Shown: positions 1-12,638 of the stretch, piece by piece
Position numbering within the stretch: the first letter of the stretch is position 1
Layout: every line of letters starts with the position of its first letter
Assembly (NCBI GenBank): GCA_001724265.1
Contig: MEDY01000252.1
Location: forward strand, 1-64,000
Length of the DNA: 64,000 nucleotides
Source: Rhizaria sp. SCN 62-66
Taxonomy: Eukaryota
Direction: 5' to 3'
Translations under genes and position numbers: made by a program
The notes under the pieces: generated by a model
Told to the model about the DNA's origin: nothing
The model's database searches: none
The model's input: the letters and a program-made list of their open reading frames with translations, nothing else

Positions 1-1
1 G

Positions 2-136
2 CCCTCCGTCGTCGGCGCCCTCAAGCGTGTCCACAAGCTCGCCAAGCACTGGTCCCGCATGGAGAAGATCATCGCCAAGAAGGCCGCCGACAAGGCCCTT
101 GCCGACAAGAAGGCCGCCAAGAAGGCCGACGAGTAA
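2..136 (+). CDS. 3' end of a strongly codon-biased, Lys/Ala-rich protein, possibly 60S ribosomal protein eL13 (partial)
   Basis: Frame from base 2 reads PSVVGALKRVHKLAKHWSRMEKIIAKKAADKALADKKAAKKADE, then TAA (134-136). Third positions are almost all C/G. The basic tail resembles eL13 C-termini, but the identity is tentative. Confidence 0.6.
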   Translation, partial: PSVVGALKRVHKLAKHWSRMEKIIAKKAADKALADKKAAKKADE

Positions 137-547
137 GTTCGCAGCTCTCATGCTGCTCTCCTCTCATCACCGCCGCCGTCTGTGGTTGTTGGGACTGGAT
201 GGGGCGGGACATCGCAAGCGAGGGATTGCTTAGTGCTTGTGTCGTCCACTTCGGTTCTCTTTTCATTCATAATTTTCTGTTGTACGTTAGTCGCTGCGTT
301 ATGTGGCAATCCGTTCGTGTTGATATGACCATTCTTCACACTATAATAAACAAACCAAACCTTTAAAACCTCATTCACTGCGTTACTCGTTGATGAACTC
401 TCCGTTGCGAGAACTCGTGTTCTCGCATGATGCGGAAACATGACACTATGATCGTCAAATGACATAAAATTGCGACTCTCAGATATAATATGCAAGGGTG
501 TGCTTATTTTATAAGTTATTCGTTCTCAAATTCCTGTCTAGGTGGTA

Positions 548-3500
548 ATGGAGAGTCTGGCGAATCTCCTCAACTACCCTGAGTTGGCCTCATCGCAACT
601 CCTCCTCAGTGGGGCGTCAGACGCTAATGCTGCGACTGTATCGATATCAGACTATCTTGATGAAACACCACTGCTGCTGTTGTACTTCTCAGCAAGCTGG
701 TGTGGTCCTTGCACTCGGTTTACGCCAACATTCGCGTCTCTGTACGGCGAAAGCAACAACCCCGCAGCATCAGAATCATCGTCCTCGTTGCTTTCTGCTC
801 AGCCTCAGCAGGCCCAGTAGCCGTTTCGTGTTCTCTTTGTTTCTGCAGACTCCTCCCGCACTGCGTTCGACGAGTACCGCGCCAAAATGCCCTGGCCCTC
901 GGTGCCGTACAAGTCCCCTCTCGCGCGCGCACTTGCAGCGCGCTTTGCTGTCGCTACCTACCCCACAGTCGTCGCAATCACGCTCAAATCGCAATATGCA
1001 CTCACCGCGAGTCTTACGGGTAACTCCGCGGTGCAGTCTAGTGGGGACTCTGCACAGAACCTCGCTGGTTTAACTGCTGCCGTGACGGCGCGTGCGACTG
1101 CGTTCGTCACGAACCCCAACGCATACGGTGACATCGTCACGCACGGAGCTGCTGGCTACCCGTGGCACTGCCCGGAAACAGTGGCGGCAGCGTCGCAGTC
1201 TAGTTTACATGGGCAGTCACGCAGCGCTGCTGCAGCGGGAGCATCCGACTTCACTGGCGGCTTCAAGGCTCTATCGGGGCCGCCGCTCCCGCCCACCAAG
1301 CTCCCGCTGCCGCTCACGGTTACCGACAGCTCCACAGCGGGCGTGGCAGCGGCCGTGAAGGCAAGGCTGAAGCGGAAGATTGCGCTGTCGGACGCTGTGG
1401 AGTGGTGCGACGCGGCTATGGGCGCTGAACAGATAGTCGCTATCCATGGGTACGTTGAATCATGATACAAAATGTGCATGATGCATTTTGCTGTGACATC
1501 GTATCTAGCATCCTTAATCACTAATCGATTAAATTGTTTGTCACTCTTTTATTTCCATATTTGTTGTTTCTTAGAACGATGCTTGGCAATCATCCCTTGC
1601 TTTTACTACTGTCAACAATGACAAACACGGAGCCAGGAGGTGAGAGTTCTGCAAAGACACGCGTACTGATATTACGTGCATGGGTTCGAGTACCTGCAGC
1701 GCTTAGCTCAAGCGTTACTACGAATATGACTTTAGCAGATAATGGAGGTGACTTGGTGTCGCTAAAGCTCTCATGCGCACAGTCCTTGCCCAAAAACGGT
1801 GCACAATCGCCGATATCCGCCACTCTTGGCAACAATGCGCTGTGTTTAGGCGTTGTTCCTGCTGATGTGCCGTTATCTGCATTAAAGCATCTCTTCGCCA
1901 TTGTTGCTGCCACACCGAACACTTCTAATCCGGACTCAAACACGAGCACAAACGCGGGTGATGCGAGTGGATGTGGCGTTGTTGTGTTCACGCTCCCGCC
2001 GTGCAAGCTCGCACGTGACGCAAGTGTCGTTGCGGGAGATGCCGGCGGCAAACGCGTGCATGTGTGGGCGCTTAGCCCCATGTATCACAATAGTTCCCCT
2101 GGTAGCGCTATGGGTTGCTCTCCGTTGCATTTGGCACCTGTTAGCGCTACTCTGTCGCTGTGCGCACTGGTGAACACCCGCAACGCGCCGCGCGCTATCG
2201 CCGCGCTCCCGCCTGCGCTGCACACGCACTACGCTAACAGCTGTTAGCGCAACGAAGCAGGCGCAAACACGGCGACGGCCATGGGTGGCACTGTCATGTC
2301 CAAGACAATGATGACTGCATTAGCCGTGGCCTAGGCCGATGGGACAGCCCGTGTGTACCCGCTTACACTTGCGGTATCTAAGCGCTGCTTAGATGGGCCT
2401 GTGCAGTGTTGTACACCGACTGCAATCGCGAACACGCCCATTCCCCAACCGTCCGCTGCTACGGCGTCTGCGCCCTCATGCAAGGCGCGTGAGCAAGACT
2501 GTGATCAGCAGCAGGGGACCGTGTTTCACATTGCTGCTCTCGGCGCACTGCCAGCAGCAGCAGCAGCAGCAGCATCAACCGCGATGTCGAGCGATGATAT
2601 TGCTGGTGCTGCTGAGATTGGTGTCTGGGAGTGTGTCACCACGACAAACAGGGCTAAGAAGCACCCACATAAGCAGACGACAGCAACAGTAAAATCTGAC
2701 TGTATCTGTTGCGCATTGAGTGATTCTGGTGCAGCCCCCCAGGAGCGTACTAGGTTGATGAACAATGCGCCTATGGTTGGTGTACGTGAGGCGACTGTGA
2801 ACACGCGTCCGTGGGAGCTGCTGACTCAGCAAGCGACAACACACGTCGCGAGCGCCAATGGCCGAGTTATGACCACTGTCGCGAACACGACTCCTGTGCT
2901 GGAACAAGATCTCATTAAGAGCGTTGATAGTCTCGATGAGTCTGGTGAGCCACAATTCGACGTCGCCTGTGACGGCGACGTCTGTTACCGTGTGCCGAAG
3001 ACCCCTCTGAAGGCCGCGCATGGCGTGGCAACCGACACGGCGCAGACTGGTCAGGTTGTGGGCGTAAACACCTCACATCCGGACGCAGTGTCCGTTGGCG
3101 CTCTGATTGCCGCCGTCATTGCGACCGACAACGGCTCCTCTGCGTGCGTGTTTTATTCGGAGCTCGTGTACTCATGCGACGTGAACATGAACAGTTCGAA
3201 CGCAAACGTTGTCCTAGCCGAGAGCAACAGCAACGCATCGTCAACAGCGCTCACGGCGACTGCAGACACGGCGTCGCCTGTGTGGCGAGTGGCCGCGTCA
3301 GACTCGAGTTTTGTCGCGCAAACGCCTTCTATCTCACAGGGCCGCGTTATCACTGCCGCTGCGCACCCCTTTGGCTTCGCGTTCATGGACAGTGTAACGA
3401 CGCAGAACAACACGAGTAGTGCCGTCGCGCAGCAAAGTCTCGCCACCTTCATCATGACGCCGATGCTGCGGCCGGTTGCGCATCTTCCGCTCCCGTCCCC

Positions 3501-3978
3501 CGCACTGTCTGCAACCCCCGCGTCCCTACTTTGGGCCGGAGATGCAGCGCTCGTGACCGCAGTGGGGACTGCTGCGTCAGTGTTTGTGACTGTGAGTCCT
3601 GCGACGGTGGCGCCCTGCTGCGCCCACTGCAACAGTCCGCTCACTTCATATCCAACTGGTAACAGCCTAAGCACCAGCGCTGCGAATGCAGCTGTGGACA
3701 GGCTGAGCTCCGAGGCAGTGGCTGTGGTGGCGCACCCACGCACGGTCACCGCGCTCGCCACGCTCTCCGCTGCCGCTGACGACCCGTGTCACAGCCCGTG
3801 CAGCGGCGGCGGCAGCGCGGAGACGGACGTGGTGACCGTGAGCAGCGACGGCTTGCTACGCGTGCTGACACGCGTGCCGCAGCGCGGGCTCTCGGCCAAG
3901 GGGGCCGCGGCGGTGGCTAAATACGGTGAGATGCGCGCCAGGGCGGTGCAGCGCAGTGTAGCGCAAAACGATGCGTGA
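548..3978 (+). CDS. Nucleoredoxin/tryparedoxin-like thioredoxin domain fused to a long C-terminal region with WD40-like motifs (~1100 aa, 3 in-frame TAG)
   Basis: Exons 548-1449 and 1575-3978 (intron GTACGT...TTAG). LLYFSASWCGPCTRFTP is followed, through TAG 818-820, by FRVLFVSADSSRTAFDEYRAKMPWPSVPY, the second half of the nucleoredoxin-type fold. More in-frame TAG at 2245-2247 and 2332-2334. WD-like ADGTARVY and SSDGLLRV. Ends TGA. Confidence 0.75.
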
Positions 3979-4087
3979 AAGCGTCAAAATGAGATAATGC
4001 GATGTATTAATCACAGATACATTGAAAGAAAAAATATTTACCTCTAGATATAATATTTATCTTAAAATACACTGCTACTTTAAAATT

Positions 4088-7000
4088 TCAAACTGCAGAT
4101 TTAGACCGGCCCGCAATAATGTTTCCATGCGGTGCCGCAAAGCCATGGAAGTCAATGCTCAAGTTTTTACAGCCGAGTGAATTTATATGTTGTTGCAACC
4201 GTGACATCATCACGCTGACATCAGCCGCATTCGGCCGAATCTTGCGCGGCAGACCATTACGCAAAGCCTTAGTCTGCCCAACTGCGGTGACGACACCCAC
4301 AGGCACCGCCGTTGGAAGAAGCGAGTGAGGGATACGATCAGTGCTGATGAAGTAGGCGAGCGGGGCCTCAGCGCAGGGCACGGGAGTGGTGGGAAACAGA
4401 AAGACTGTGCCAACAGGATAAAATTTACCTTCATCGCAACCCTTATCATACTCGTCCTTGTCCTCATCAGGCGGCGTGGTGCACTCCGAGAAGAGTGTGT
4501 CAGAAATTGTGGTCAGGAGACAATTACTGAGCGAAAAGCCGCCGCCATACGTGGTCAGCGCCGAAGTGGGCGAGCTCAGACGCTTCGTCTCAACACACGC
4601 GGCACTGGCCGAGATAGCCACAATGCATGACGTAAACGAGTGGTCGTACTCAACATGATTCCTACGCGTGTGAAAGCTCCAGCGACCTTTAACAGACATG
4701 GAAGTCGTAACGCACGTATGAGCTACTTGTGCTAAGAATCCCCGCTTCGCTGCAACACGGAAGTAGGCGGCGTTCATTGGGAAATTATCGTCATCTAACA
4801 CCACTGTAAGGTAAAAGTCCGTATCTGTCCGACTGACGGAAGGTAACGCGCAGTGTAAAATAATGTCAGCAGTGACCTCATGATCAGAAAGCACACTTTG
4901 CGCAGCCTTGCGCATGTAGCTGCGCGCAGTGGATTGCATGTCGCGCAACGCTCCGGCATCTTCATAAGGTGGAGTGGCAAATGCATGTAAAAAGAGGTGG
5001 TCAGTCGAGTTTTTGAGACGTTGCGTCCATTCAAACATACTCGATAAATGTTTGCGATTCGCCTCAACCAGAGCAGCCTTTGCTGCAGAAAGCGCAGCCG
5101 CTGCAGCAGCACTATGGGCCTGGCACGCGCGCGCCTGTTCGAAGAAGTCCGGGAACGCGACGACGCAACGCACGCGCACGAACGGCGGGACAGGACTCAA
5201 CGTGTCTTCGGCGTCGCAATCACTCGCGATTGTGCTATCTTCGTCGTCTCCTTCACAGTCGCCTGCATTGCCACTCAAGGCGTCGCCCACAACCGCGCAC
5301 ACGTCAACACCGCCATCATCTTCGCTGGCTAGTTCGAACAAGTCAATCTCAGGCTCCTCGCCGCCCCGCTCGTCCACGCACCGCGTTGAAATAGAAGCAG
5401 TGGAGGCAGGAGACTCGCCAGCGATAGGTGTATCAACTGCCGCAGTCGAGGAGGATGAAGCGGCAAGGATCAAAACATCCTCGTCGTCGACATCGGCAGC
5501 ACCCACAGCAGCCCCAGCAGCAGGAATAACTCTTGCAGCTTCGCAGCGAGCGGCATAGTGCTTGCGACTTGCGTCAGCTATCACTGTGAGCGGCGTCAGT
5601 GCAAAGACATGCGCAAGTCCATCGAAGATTAGCACCTGTGCGGTTGAGGACTCGGCGAAGACAGATTTCCGCATGAACTCAGTCACCTCGCTTGGCGCCT
5701 CGGTTACAGGGACTGGCGCTGGGGTGTCCTTGGCTTGACTCTTGGTCTTCGCTTTGGTAATCTCCGGAGCCACAGAGGTAGATGTAGCAGTCAAGGCGGG
5801 CGGGTCGGCGCCGTTACTGCCGCTTCCATGGGTCTTGCCTTTCATGCTGAGTGAGTTTACAAGCTCGGAAAACGAAGGAACCGTAGGCGCATCAGTATCG
5901 CCGTCTTGACACTGAGCCGCAACTGCGCCCTCGTCGCCGCAGCTAACATCGACAGCAACAGACAGTGTGCCAACGCCTGTATTTGCGACCAGCGCAGCCA
6001 CTTCGTTCACAGTCTTGCCAGCAAGCCACTCAGTGTCGATGCCGGCGTCGCCGCCGTCGCCCGCCGCGGCGAGTGTGGGCATCAGCGTGCACGCAGAGGT
6101 CGTCGTGAGCGAGTCCGCAGAGTCGGCAGAGACAGGGCATTTCGTGCCCTCAACAGCGCCTGCGGCAGAAGCAACGCGACAGCAGTTACCAGTTTGACTC
6201 TTGCTGTTGCTGATGAGTTTCTGACGGCCACCAAGGCGGCTACTGGAAGAAGAAGCTGATTCCGCTGGCTCGCCGTGGCCCGCGCTGCTGGTCTTGCTGT
6301 TGTTACTGGGCAGGGCCGGCTTGCCCTCCGTGTGATGCATCGCACTTGCCATCACGAGCGCACGCGCAATGTTGTCGGCATAGTACTTGTTAAGCGCAGG
6401 AGGGCTCATACTGACTTTGGCGACGATTGTCACGATACATGAGCACGCATTCGCGCCCGCCGCCGTACCGTGAGCACCGCAGTCGGCGCCGGCAGCGGCA
6501 GAGACCACAGCCTCTGCTGCCGGGGTAAGCGTTGCGCCCCTCACGCGGCTTTCACTGATGCTCGAATAGCTTCCCTCGTTCTTGGTCGTGCCACAGACGC
6601 ACACGCACTGGACCACAAAGCTCACGGTCACCCCGCTCACAGTCACTTTCCCGACCGGAATCCCCCTCTGCCGCGCGCCCGACTCCCGGGCAGCGGCGAC
6701 TGCGCTCTCGAGCGCGGCCAGTGGGATGTCGGCCGAGCAGCACGCCTCGCGCACCGTCGCCCCGGCCGCGGCGTGAGCGAGCGCGCCCTCAAACGCGGTC
6801 TGCGCGGTCCGCCAGCGCGCGCTCCCAACCGCGAGCGGGGGATCCGCGCGCTGCGGCCACTGGGGGCTCGCGCGCAGCAGCGCCGGGAGCGCGGCAATCG
6901 GCGGCGTAACGACGGCGAGCCCGGTGGCGCGGAGGAAGTCGCGTGCGCCCGCGTGCGTCTCCTGCTCGCGCGCGCGCGCGTCGGCTGTGTATGAACGCAG

Positions 7001-8139
7001 GCTGGCGACAAGGGTCGCCAGCGGTGCGGCGGCAAGAGATGGATACAACGCGGTGCGTGTTGAGAGAGACGAATACAGTGCGCTGGCCTGTTCGACGGAG
7101 TTGGCCATCGAGTCGTGTTGCTGCTGTGGATTAAAAGACATGCAGAGAAAGAAGAGAAAAGATATGCCGAGTGAATGAGATATTAAGCTTACGAATAATT
7201 TGTCACTCACAATTTATGAGCAAGGCACGTTAATAGCGCGTGTGAACTGTACCTGGCGCTTTTGTGCGAACGAATCGTTGGTCATCCGTCCCAACGCGGC
7301 GGCCTTCTCGGTGAGCTCCCTGCGCACGTCAGCGACGCGGCGAATCGTGTGACCTTTGTGCTCGCGGCCTACCAGAACGCATTCGTGGCATGCTGGTGTC
7401 ACACAGTTGTCGCACCAGTAGATGTACACGATTTTCTCGTCGTGCATGAAGCAGTGCTACAATTAGGAGGAAGACGATAGAAAAGTGAAGCATGTTGGCA
7501 TGAGTAAGGGTCTAAGGTCAAGTAAAGCAAATGAAACGTGATCACCGGTGAAGTATAATTATCTTCGGCATGCTCTTAGAGAGATATCTTGCCTCGCCCA
7601 ACGACGTCGTCACCAAAAGGTCCTTGTTTTTAAGCACGTACATTATCGTCACGTTGCGAAGCGCTGTCTCCACAAACTGACTGTGGGTTTGCCTTCATGG
7701 ACACCGTAGTGACACTAACAGCAAGCCCAGAGGATACTGCATCTGCAGCGATTTCGTGACTACCATTGCCACGCTTTTGAGCGACGTGCGCATTGCTAGG
7801 GTCAGACGCCGTGGGTGCGTCAGTTTCACCATCAGAACCCAACGAGTCAACTTCAGCCTGAACACAGCGTTAACAACGAAATCACGGTAAAACGAATGTA
7901 TATGTAGGTTAGAGTGTGACATGTGAAAGTGGAATATGTGTTCGCTCTATGATGTGCTGATAACAACTGTCTATCAAGACAGAAAGAGGACGGACCATGA
8001 TGCAGGGCTTGCAGATGTTTGCAGCCCAAGTTGCACGGCTGCGTGGAAATTTGCGGATCAGAGAACTACAAATAACGCAGTGTGTGGTCTTGCCATCCTC
8101 TACTGCTGCTAAGCTTGGCTTGCTATGCTGTGACGACAT
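4088..8139 (-). CDS. B-box zinc-finger protein with N-terminal CxxC...CxxC motif and long uncharacterised C-terminus
   Basis: Exons 8139-7996, 7857-7642, 7456-7253 and ~7123-4088, all with phase-compatible GT-AG junctions. B-box type 2 pattern CFMHDEKIVYIYWCDNCVTPACHECVLVGREHKGH. Ends TGA. Confidence 0.7.
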
Positions 8140-8629
8140 TGGCGGCGGCTGCAAAATGGTCAAATCTGATACTGTACTAGTACTGTACAGTACTGTACGC
8201 ACTAGCATAAGAGGAAAAGAACGACAATTCAGCGCAAACAAAACTGAAAGATTAAGAATTAAGAACACACGAGTAACTCCGTTGTACGCAATATTTCATG
8301 TTTATCCTGAATGACGATGAATCTACAAAGATATACAAGCTCAACTAAACGGCACAAATGATTGATGCATTTCGACGCTGCTGGTGCATTTTGTGTTTTT
8401 GAGTGCAACATCTCCAAATTGCAAGGCTTTACGATGTGATAAACCCTAGTGCAAAATATCACACTAAAACACTATGTGAATAAGGTAAAAATGCTTCTGC
8501 AATTCATAACTCAGAGATATAGTAACTTACAACAATATCGATACTAAGTATAATTACACTAAATTTTTATTTTTTGGACACAAATTCATCAATTTGTCAA
8601 GCATTAATGGGCTTAGGTGAAAAAAAATA

Positions 8630-8701
8630 AGACTTGTGGTGTATCGGTTGCATAGTTCGTTAACACCGAATTGGTAGTGGGTTCGACTCCCATCAGGTCT
8701 A
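8630..8701 (+). tRNA. tRNA-Val(AAC)
   Basis: Cloverleaf: acceptor AGACTTG/CAGGTCT with A73; D-arm GTGT-ATCGGTT-GCAT; anticodon arm GTTCG-TTAACAC-CGAAT (AAC at 8662-8664); T-arm GTGGG-TTCGACT-CCCAT. A T-run (Pol III terminator) follows. Confidence 0.85.
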
Positions 8702-8819
8702 TTAACTTTTTGTTTTGGCACTCGCGCATGCCGCGCTTCCTTCCTTGTTGTTTTGCATCTCAGTCGCTTCAAATATTAAGTTTGAGGGCTAGATTTCGCG
8801 AATTAGAGCAATGAATGAA

Positions 8820-8917
8820 TGACCTGTAGTGTACCGGTAGCACGGTTCGTTATCCAAAGCTTGTCTTTGAACTATGTGACGCCGAACTAGCAGTGGGTTC
8901 GACTCCCACCAGGTCTA
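8820..8917 (+). tRNA. Paralogous tRNA (probably Val) with a 26-nt insertion/intron in the anticodon loop
   Basis: Same body as the upstream tRNA (GACCTG/CAGGTC, GTGT-ACCGGTA-GCAC, GTTCG...CGAAC, GTGGG-TTCGACT-CCCAC) with stem-preserving changes. 33 nt lie between the anticodon stem halves instead of 7. Downstream TTTTT terminator. Confidence 0.7.
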
Positions 8918-9457
8918 TATCATTTTTGGCTTTCGCGTTCCTGCCCACTCGGATGCTTTTTTTTTGCTCGCCGCAGCACAGCTTCGCGTACGCGCTCACA
9001 AGCCCGAACAGCATATCGACTGAAATCCTGACCGAAAGCTGGACGTGCGTTGCAAAGAAGCGACGAGTAACATTGTAAGCCTACTAGCTGGTAGTGTATT
9101 GAAATGCATTTCGGTCAACTTTTTGACCAAAAGCACAGGGGTAAGACAAAGACGGAGGAAAAACAAACAAACTTGATTGCATAACTTGGGAAATAAAGAG
9201 GAGATAGCAGTAAATAGGAAACATGATGAGAGTACTACGTAACAGAGGCAGCTCGAAAAACAAAAGGCGCAAATGTGATCAACAACTGTTGTCATGTAAG
9301 AAAACGAGTTTGACTATCTAAACATCATTAAACGACAACACGAACGTCTCTAGCAAAACCAGTCACAAACACCAGATTCTGCGAAGCGGTTCGTATTCCT
9401 TCTTCGGCTCGCTGTGTGCGGCGTGCGCGTACGGCAGAGCGCGGCCGCTGGAGCTTC

Positions 9458-11888
9458 TTACGGCAGAGCGCTGCCGCTGGAGCTGACCGCCACGTCCTCG
9501 GCCTCGTCGCCGAACTGCGCGTACTGGCCGTTGCCGCCCGCCGCAACAGCGCCGCCGTGACCGGGGCCGTGACGAGCGCGGACGGCGCTGCTGGTCATCT
9601 CGATGGTGTACGTGCCGGAGCTGCTGACGTTGCCCCCCGCAGCTTCACTATGGATCGCGGCGACGTGCACGGTGCCGTGGGTGATGACACCGCGGGTGAA
9701 GTTGCGCGCGACGTAGACGCGGAAGAAGAAGAGCATGCCTCCGCAGGCGCACAGCAGCCCAGTGATGAGGTACATCATACTGACCGGGCCGGCAGGGAGG
9801 TCGAACGAGGCGCCGACGATCATAGGCACCAGCGCCTCGGCAAGGCTGACGGCGACGACGATGACCGAGAGCACGGTGCCCGAGAGCTTGATGTAGCGCT
9901 CGAGCCACATGACGCAGGCGGCGTAGAGCGAAGCCATGCAGAAGCCGAGCAGCGCGACGCAGACCCAGAGCAGTGGGACCGAGTCCGAGAAGATGGACAT
10001 GACGACCATGACGGCGGCGGCCGCGGCGACGTTAATGGTCACGAGCGTCTCGGGCACGATATACACCGACAAGGGGATACCCGAGATACGACCGATGGCG
10101 AAGAGGCCCCAGAACACGGACGAGAGCAGAGACGCTTCGTGGTCGTCCATGAAGCCGCGCTTGTTGGCGTAGGGTGCGATGAAGTGGCCGAAGCCGGTCT
10201 CGCTGCCGACGTAAAAGAAGAGCAGCGTGGCCATCAGACACAACACCAGGAACGGGTTGCCGGAGAAGCCGGCGTGCGGCACGACCCACGAGACGTTAAG
10301 TCGCGCACAGAAGTTAAGCCGCCGGCAGCAGTTGGGGTCGCCGCCAACCTGGGTGGGGAGCTCACTGTCACTGACGATGACGGCCTCGCCGTTGTTGGCG
10401 CTGACGACAGCGGTGCTCGGAGCAGCGCTGAGCCTCTGCGTCGTGTCAGCGTCGGTGGCGACAAGGGGAGGCAAGGTGACGCTGCTGTCGCCGCTGGATG
10501 CAGCCCCACTGCCGCCCCCACCCGCAGCGGCGGCGTCGGCGGCGGCGTACTCGGCGGCGTCCGACTTGGCGTCGTCCTCGGGCGGCGTGATGCTGGTGCA
10601 GTCGGCCACGGTCGGGTCGTACACAGGTACGATGTGTTCCGGGATACCGATGAGGGCGGCGGCGACCGCGCGCTCCGAGGTCTGGATGCAGTACCGGTGC
10701 GGGCCGAAGGGGCCGCGGCCGCGAATGGTGAGGTAGATGGTGATGAAGGAGATGGCGATCATGGTAATGGTCATGCTGTAGAAGCCCCAACGGTACAGCG
10801 TCGACACTAGGGGCTCGCCGTCTGGCTCAACCTCGGTCAGGAAGAACGAGATTACGATGGGCGCAAAGAAAGAGCCGACTGCAAAGCCGGCGTGCAGGGC
10901 CTGCATCATAGGCTCACCGTAGCGGCCGCAGACGCGCATCAGCAGAACCTGAATGCAATTAGGAAAAAGGAACGCATGAAAAAAATTTGAGAGATTTCAC
11001 TACAAGACACGGGGAGCTATCTCGCGTTAGGTTGTTTGTAAAGCGTACCTGGGCGAGGTTGTCCAAACAGCCCATCCAGAAGGAGCAGAGTCCGGCGACG
11101 AGCACGAGCGCAAACAGACTGCCTGCGGCGGGGTACAGTAGCGTGGTGAGCGCGCTGATGATGACGGTGGCGCTCAACGCGATCTGCGCGCGGCGCGGGC
11201 CCAACCGGTCGACGAGCTGACCGCCGGCGAGCGAACCCAAGAAGAAGCCGATCGCGCGGCCCAGGTAGGTCAGCGAGAGCGACGACGTCGAAGTGGTGCC
11301 GACCTGGCGGCCCAGGACCAGCATCGTGGGGCCGACCATTGAGAGCGACATGCCCATGGTCGCGTAAGCGAGCGCGTAGCCGCCCAGTGCGTCCCAGTAG
11401 CGGAAGAAGATGTGCTTGGTGACGTTGTGCGAGTATATGCGGTCGTTCGAGGGGTCGATCGTGGACAGCACGCCCGCCAGCGCGGCATTAATGTCGCTCG
11501 CGGACAGAAGCGCGGCTTCGTCGGCTGTGAAGCGCATCGTGGCCAGCGCGGATGACGAAGTCGCCACGTGGTCGGTGGTGTTACCGTTGCTGCCATCAAA
11601 GTTGTAGTGGGCGTCCAGAGCGCTGCCGTCGGGCTTGGGGGCGGCATCGTGCGCGGCAATGTTTTGCGCCAGGTAGTTGCTGATGTGGCTCGTGTAGCGC
11701 TGGATGGGCGGGGCCGCTGATGCAGCGCGCCGCGTGTCGCTGCTAGATGAGTCGAGGTCGACGTCGCTCAGGGACGGAGCGTGGTGCTGCCGGTTCGCGA
11801 ACGGGGAGTCGTTGTACGTATTGCCGCCACCGTTGTCATATGTTGCGGTAGATGGGTGGCCCTGCGCGGCGTAGGGGTCGCGGGACAT
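9458..11888 (-). CDS. Major facilitator superfamily transporter (MFSD4/FucP-like)
   Basis: Exons 11888-11049 and 10948-9458. Many hydrophobic helices; MFS motif-A-like GQLVDRLGPR; MQALHAGFAVGSFFAP; FFYVGSETGFG; FWGLFAIGRISG. Ends TAA. Confidence 0.85.
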
Positions 11889-12638
11889 TTTGGGCTCACA
11901 AATAGAGCTATGAATTGGCCAGTGCGTGTGGTGCGGGTCCAGGGATGGGCTGCAAAGGAGCGCAGGACTACCAAGGCGAAATACACATGCGAAATTAATA
12001 TTTAAGAAATGTAAAAATGCCGGTTTAAAGTGATATGTCATCTTAATTATAAATATGTAATCAACATGCACTTTGACGATCCTGATCTTACGGAATGCAT
12101 ACACTTCAGTAGCTCCAAGGTTGCTTGTCAGCGAGCCGGACAGGGCACGTCGCTCGACCAGATTTTGGCGTGATCAGAAGACCTCGACCATAAAGTACGG
12201 TACACACGAATACTGCAAAAGCATACTCAACAAGCGACATGAACAAAGTATATTAACAATAACATGGGTATCTATTATTAGCAACTGATGTCACGCTTAA
12301 GACAGCAATTGTATCAACTATGCCCGCTTTAAAGGAACATCGCATGTAGCGACATGCAAGCCTGGTATTAATGCGATGTATTACATTGTACATGTACATG
12401 GAACAATAAGTTAATTCACGAATATAAACGTTGATCACATACTAAAAAAACAACGTTGAAACGATCAGCATTGGGCTGAGACAAGTAGAGAAGTGTCGCG
12501 CAGAGATCATTATCTGCGGAAATATGATTAAAGAAAACAATTCCATCCATGTGAAAACACTACAAAATGTGTTCCGTCCCTTATTAAACGCGACGCGGGC
12601 TACTGTCACCACCTCCGCGAGCAAACAAGTTCGGTCAA

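Noticed and set aside
818-820. Pyrrolysine or selenocysteine recoding
   Set aside because: Sec uses UGA, and Pyl is prokaryotic. The TAGs lie at non-catalytic positions in unrelated proteins.
8851-8880. CTA triplet inside the second tRNA's insertion as a UAG-decoding anticodon
   Set aside because: No single excision places CTA at 34-36 in a 7-nt loop closed by the GTTCG/CGAAC stem. No suppressor tRNA is visible in this window.
9416-10810. Long antisense ORFs (also 28772-30448, 38575-40740, 51788-53431)
   Set aside because: Shadow frames of GC-rich, codon-biased genes on the opposite strand, with no recognisable motifs.
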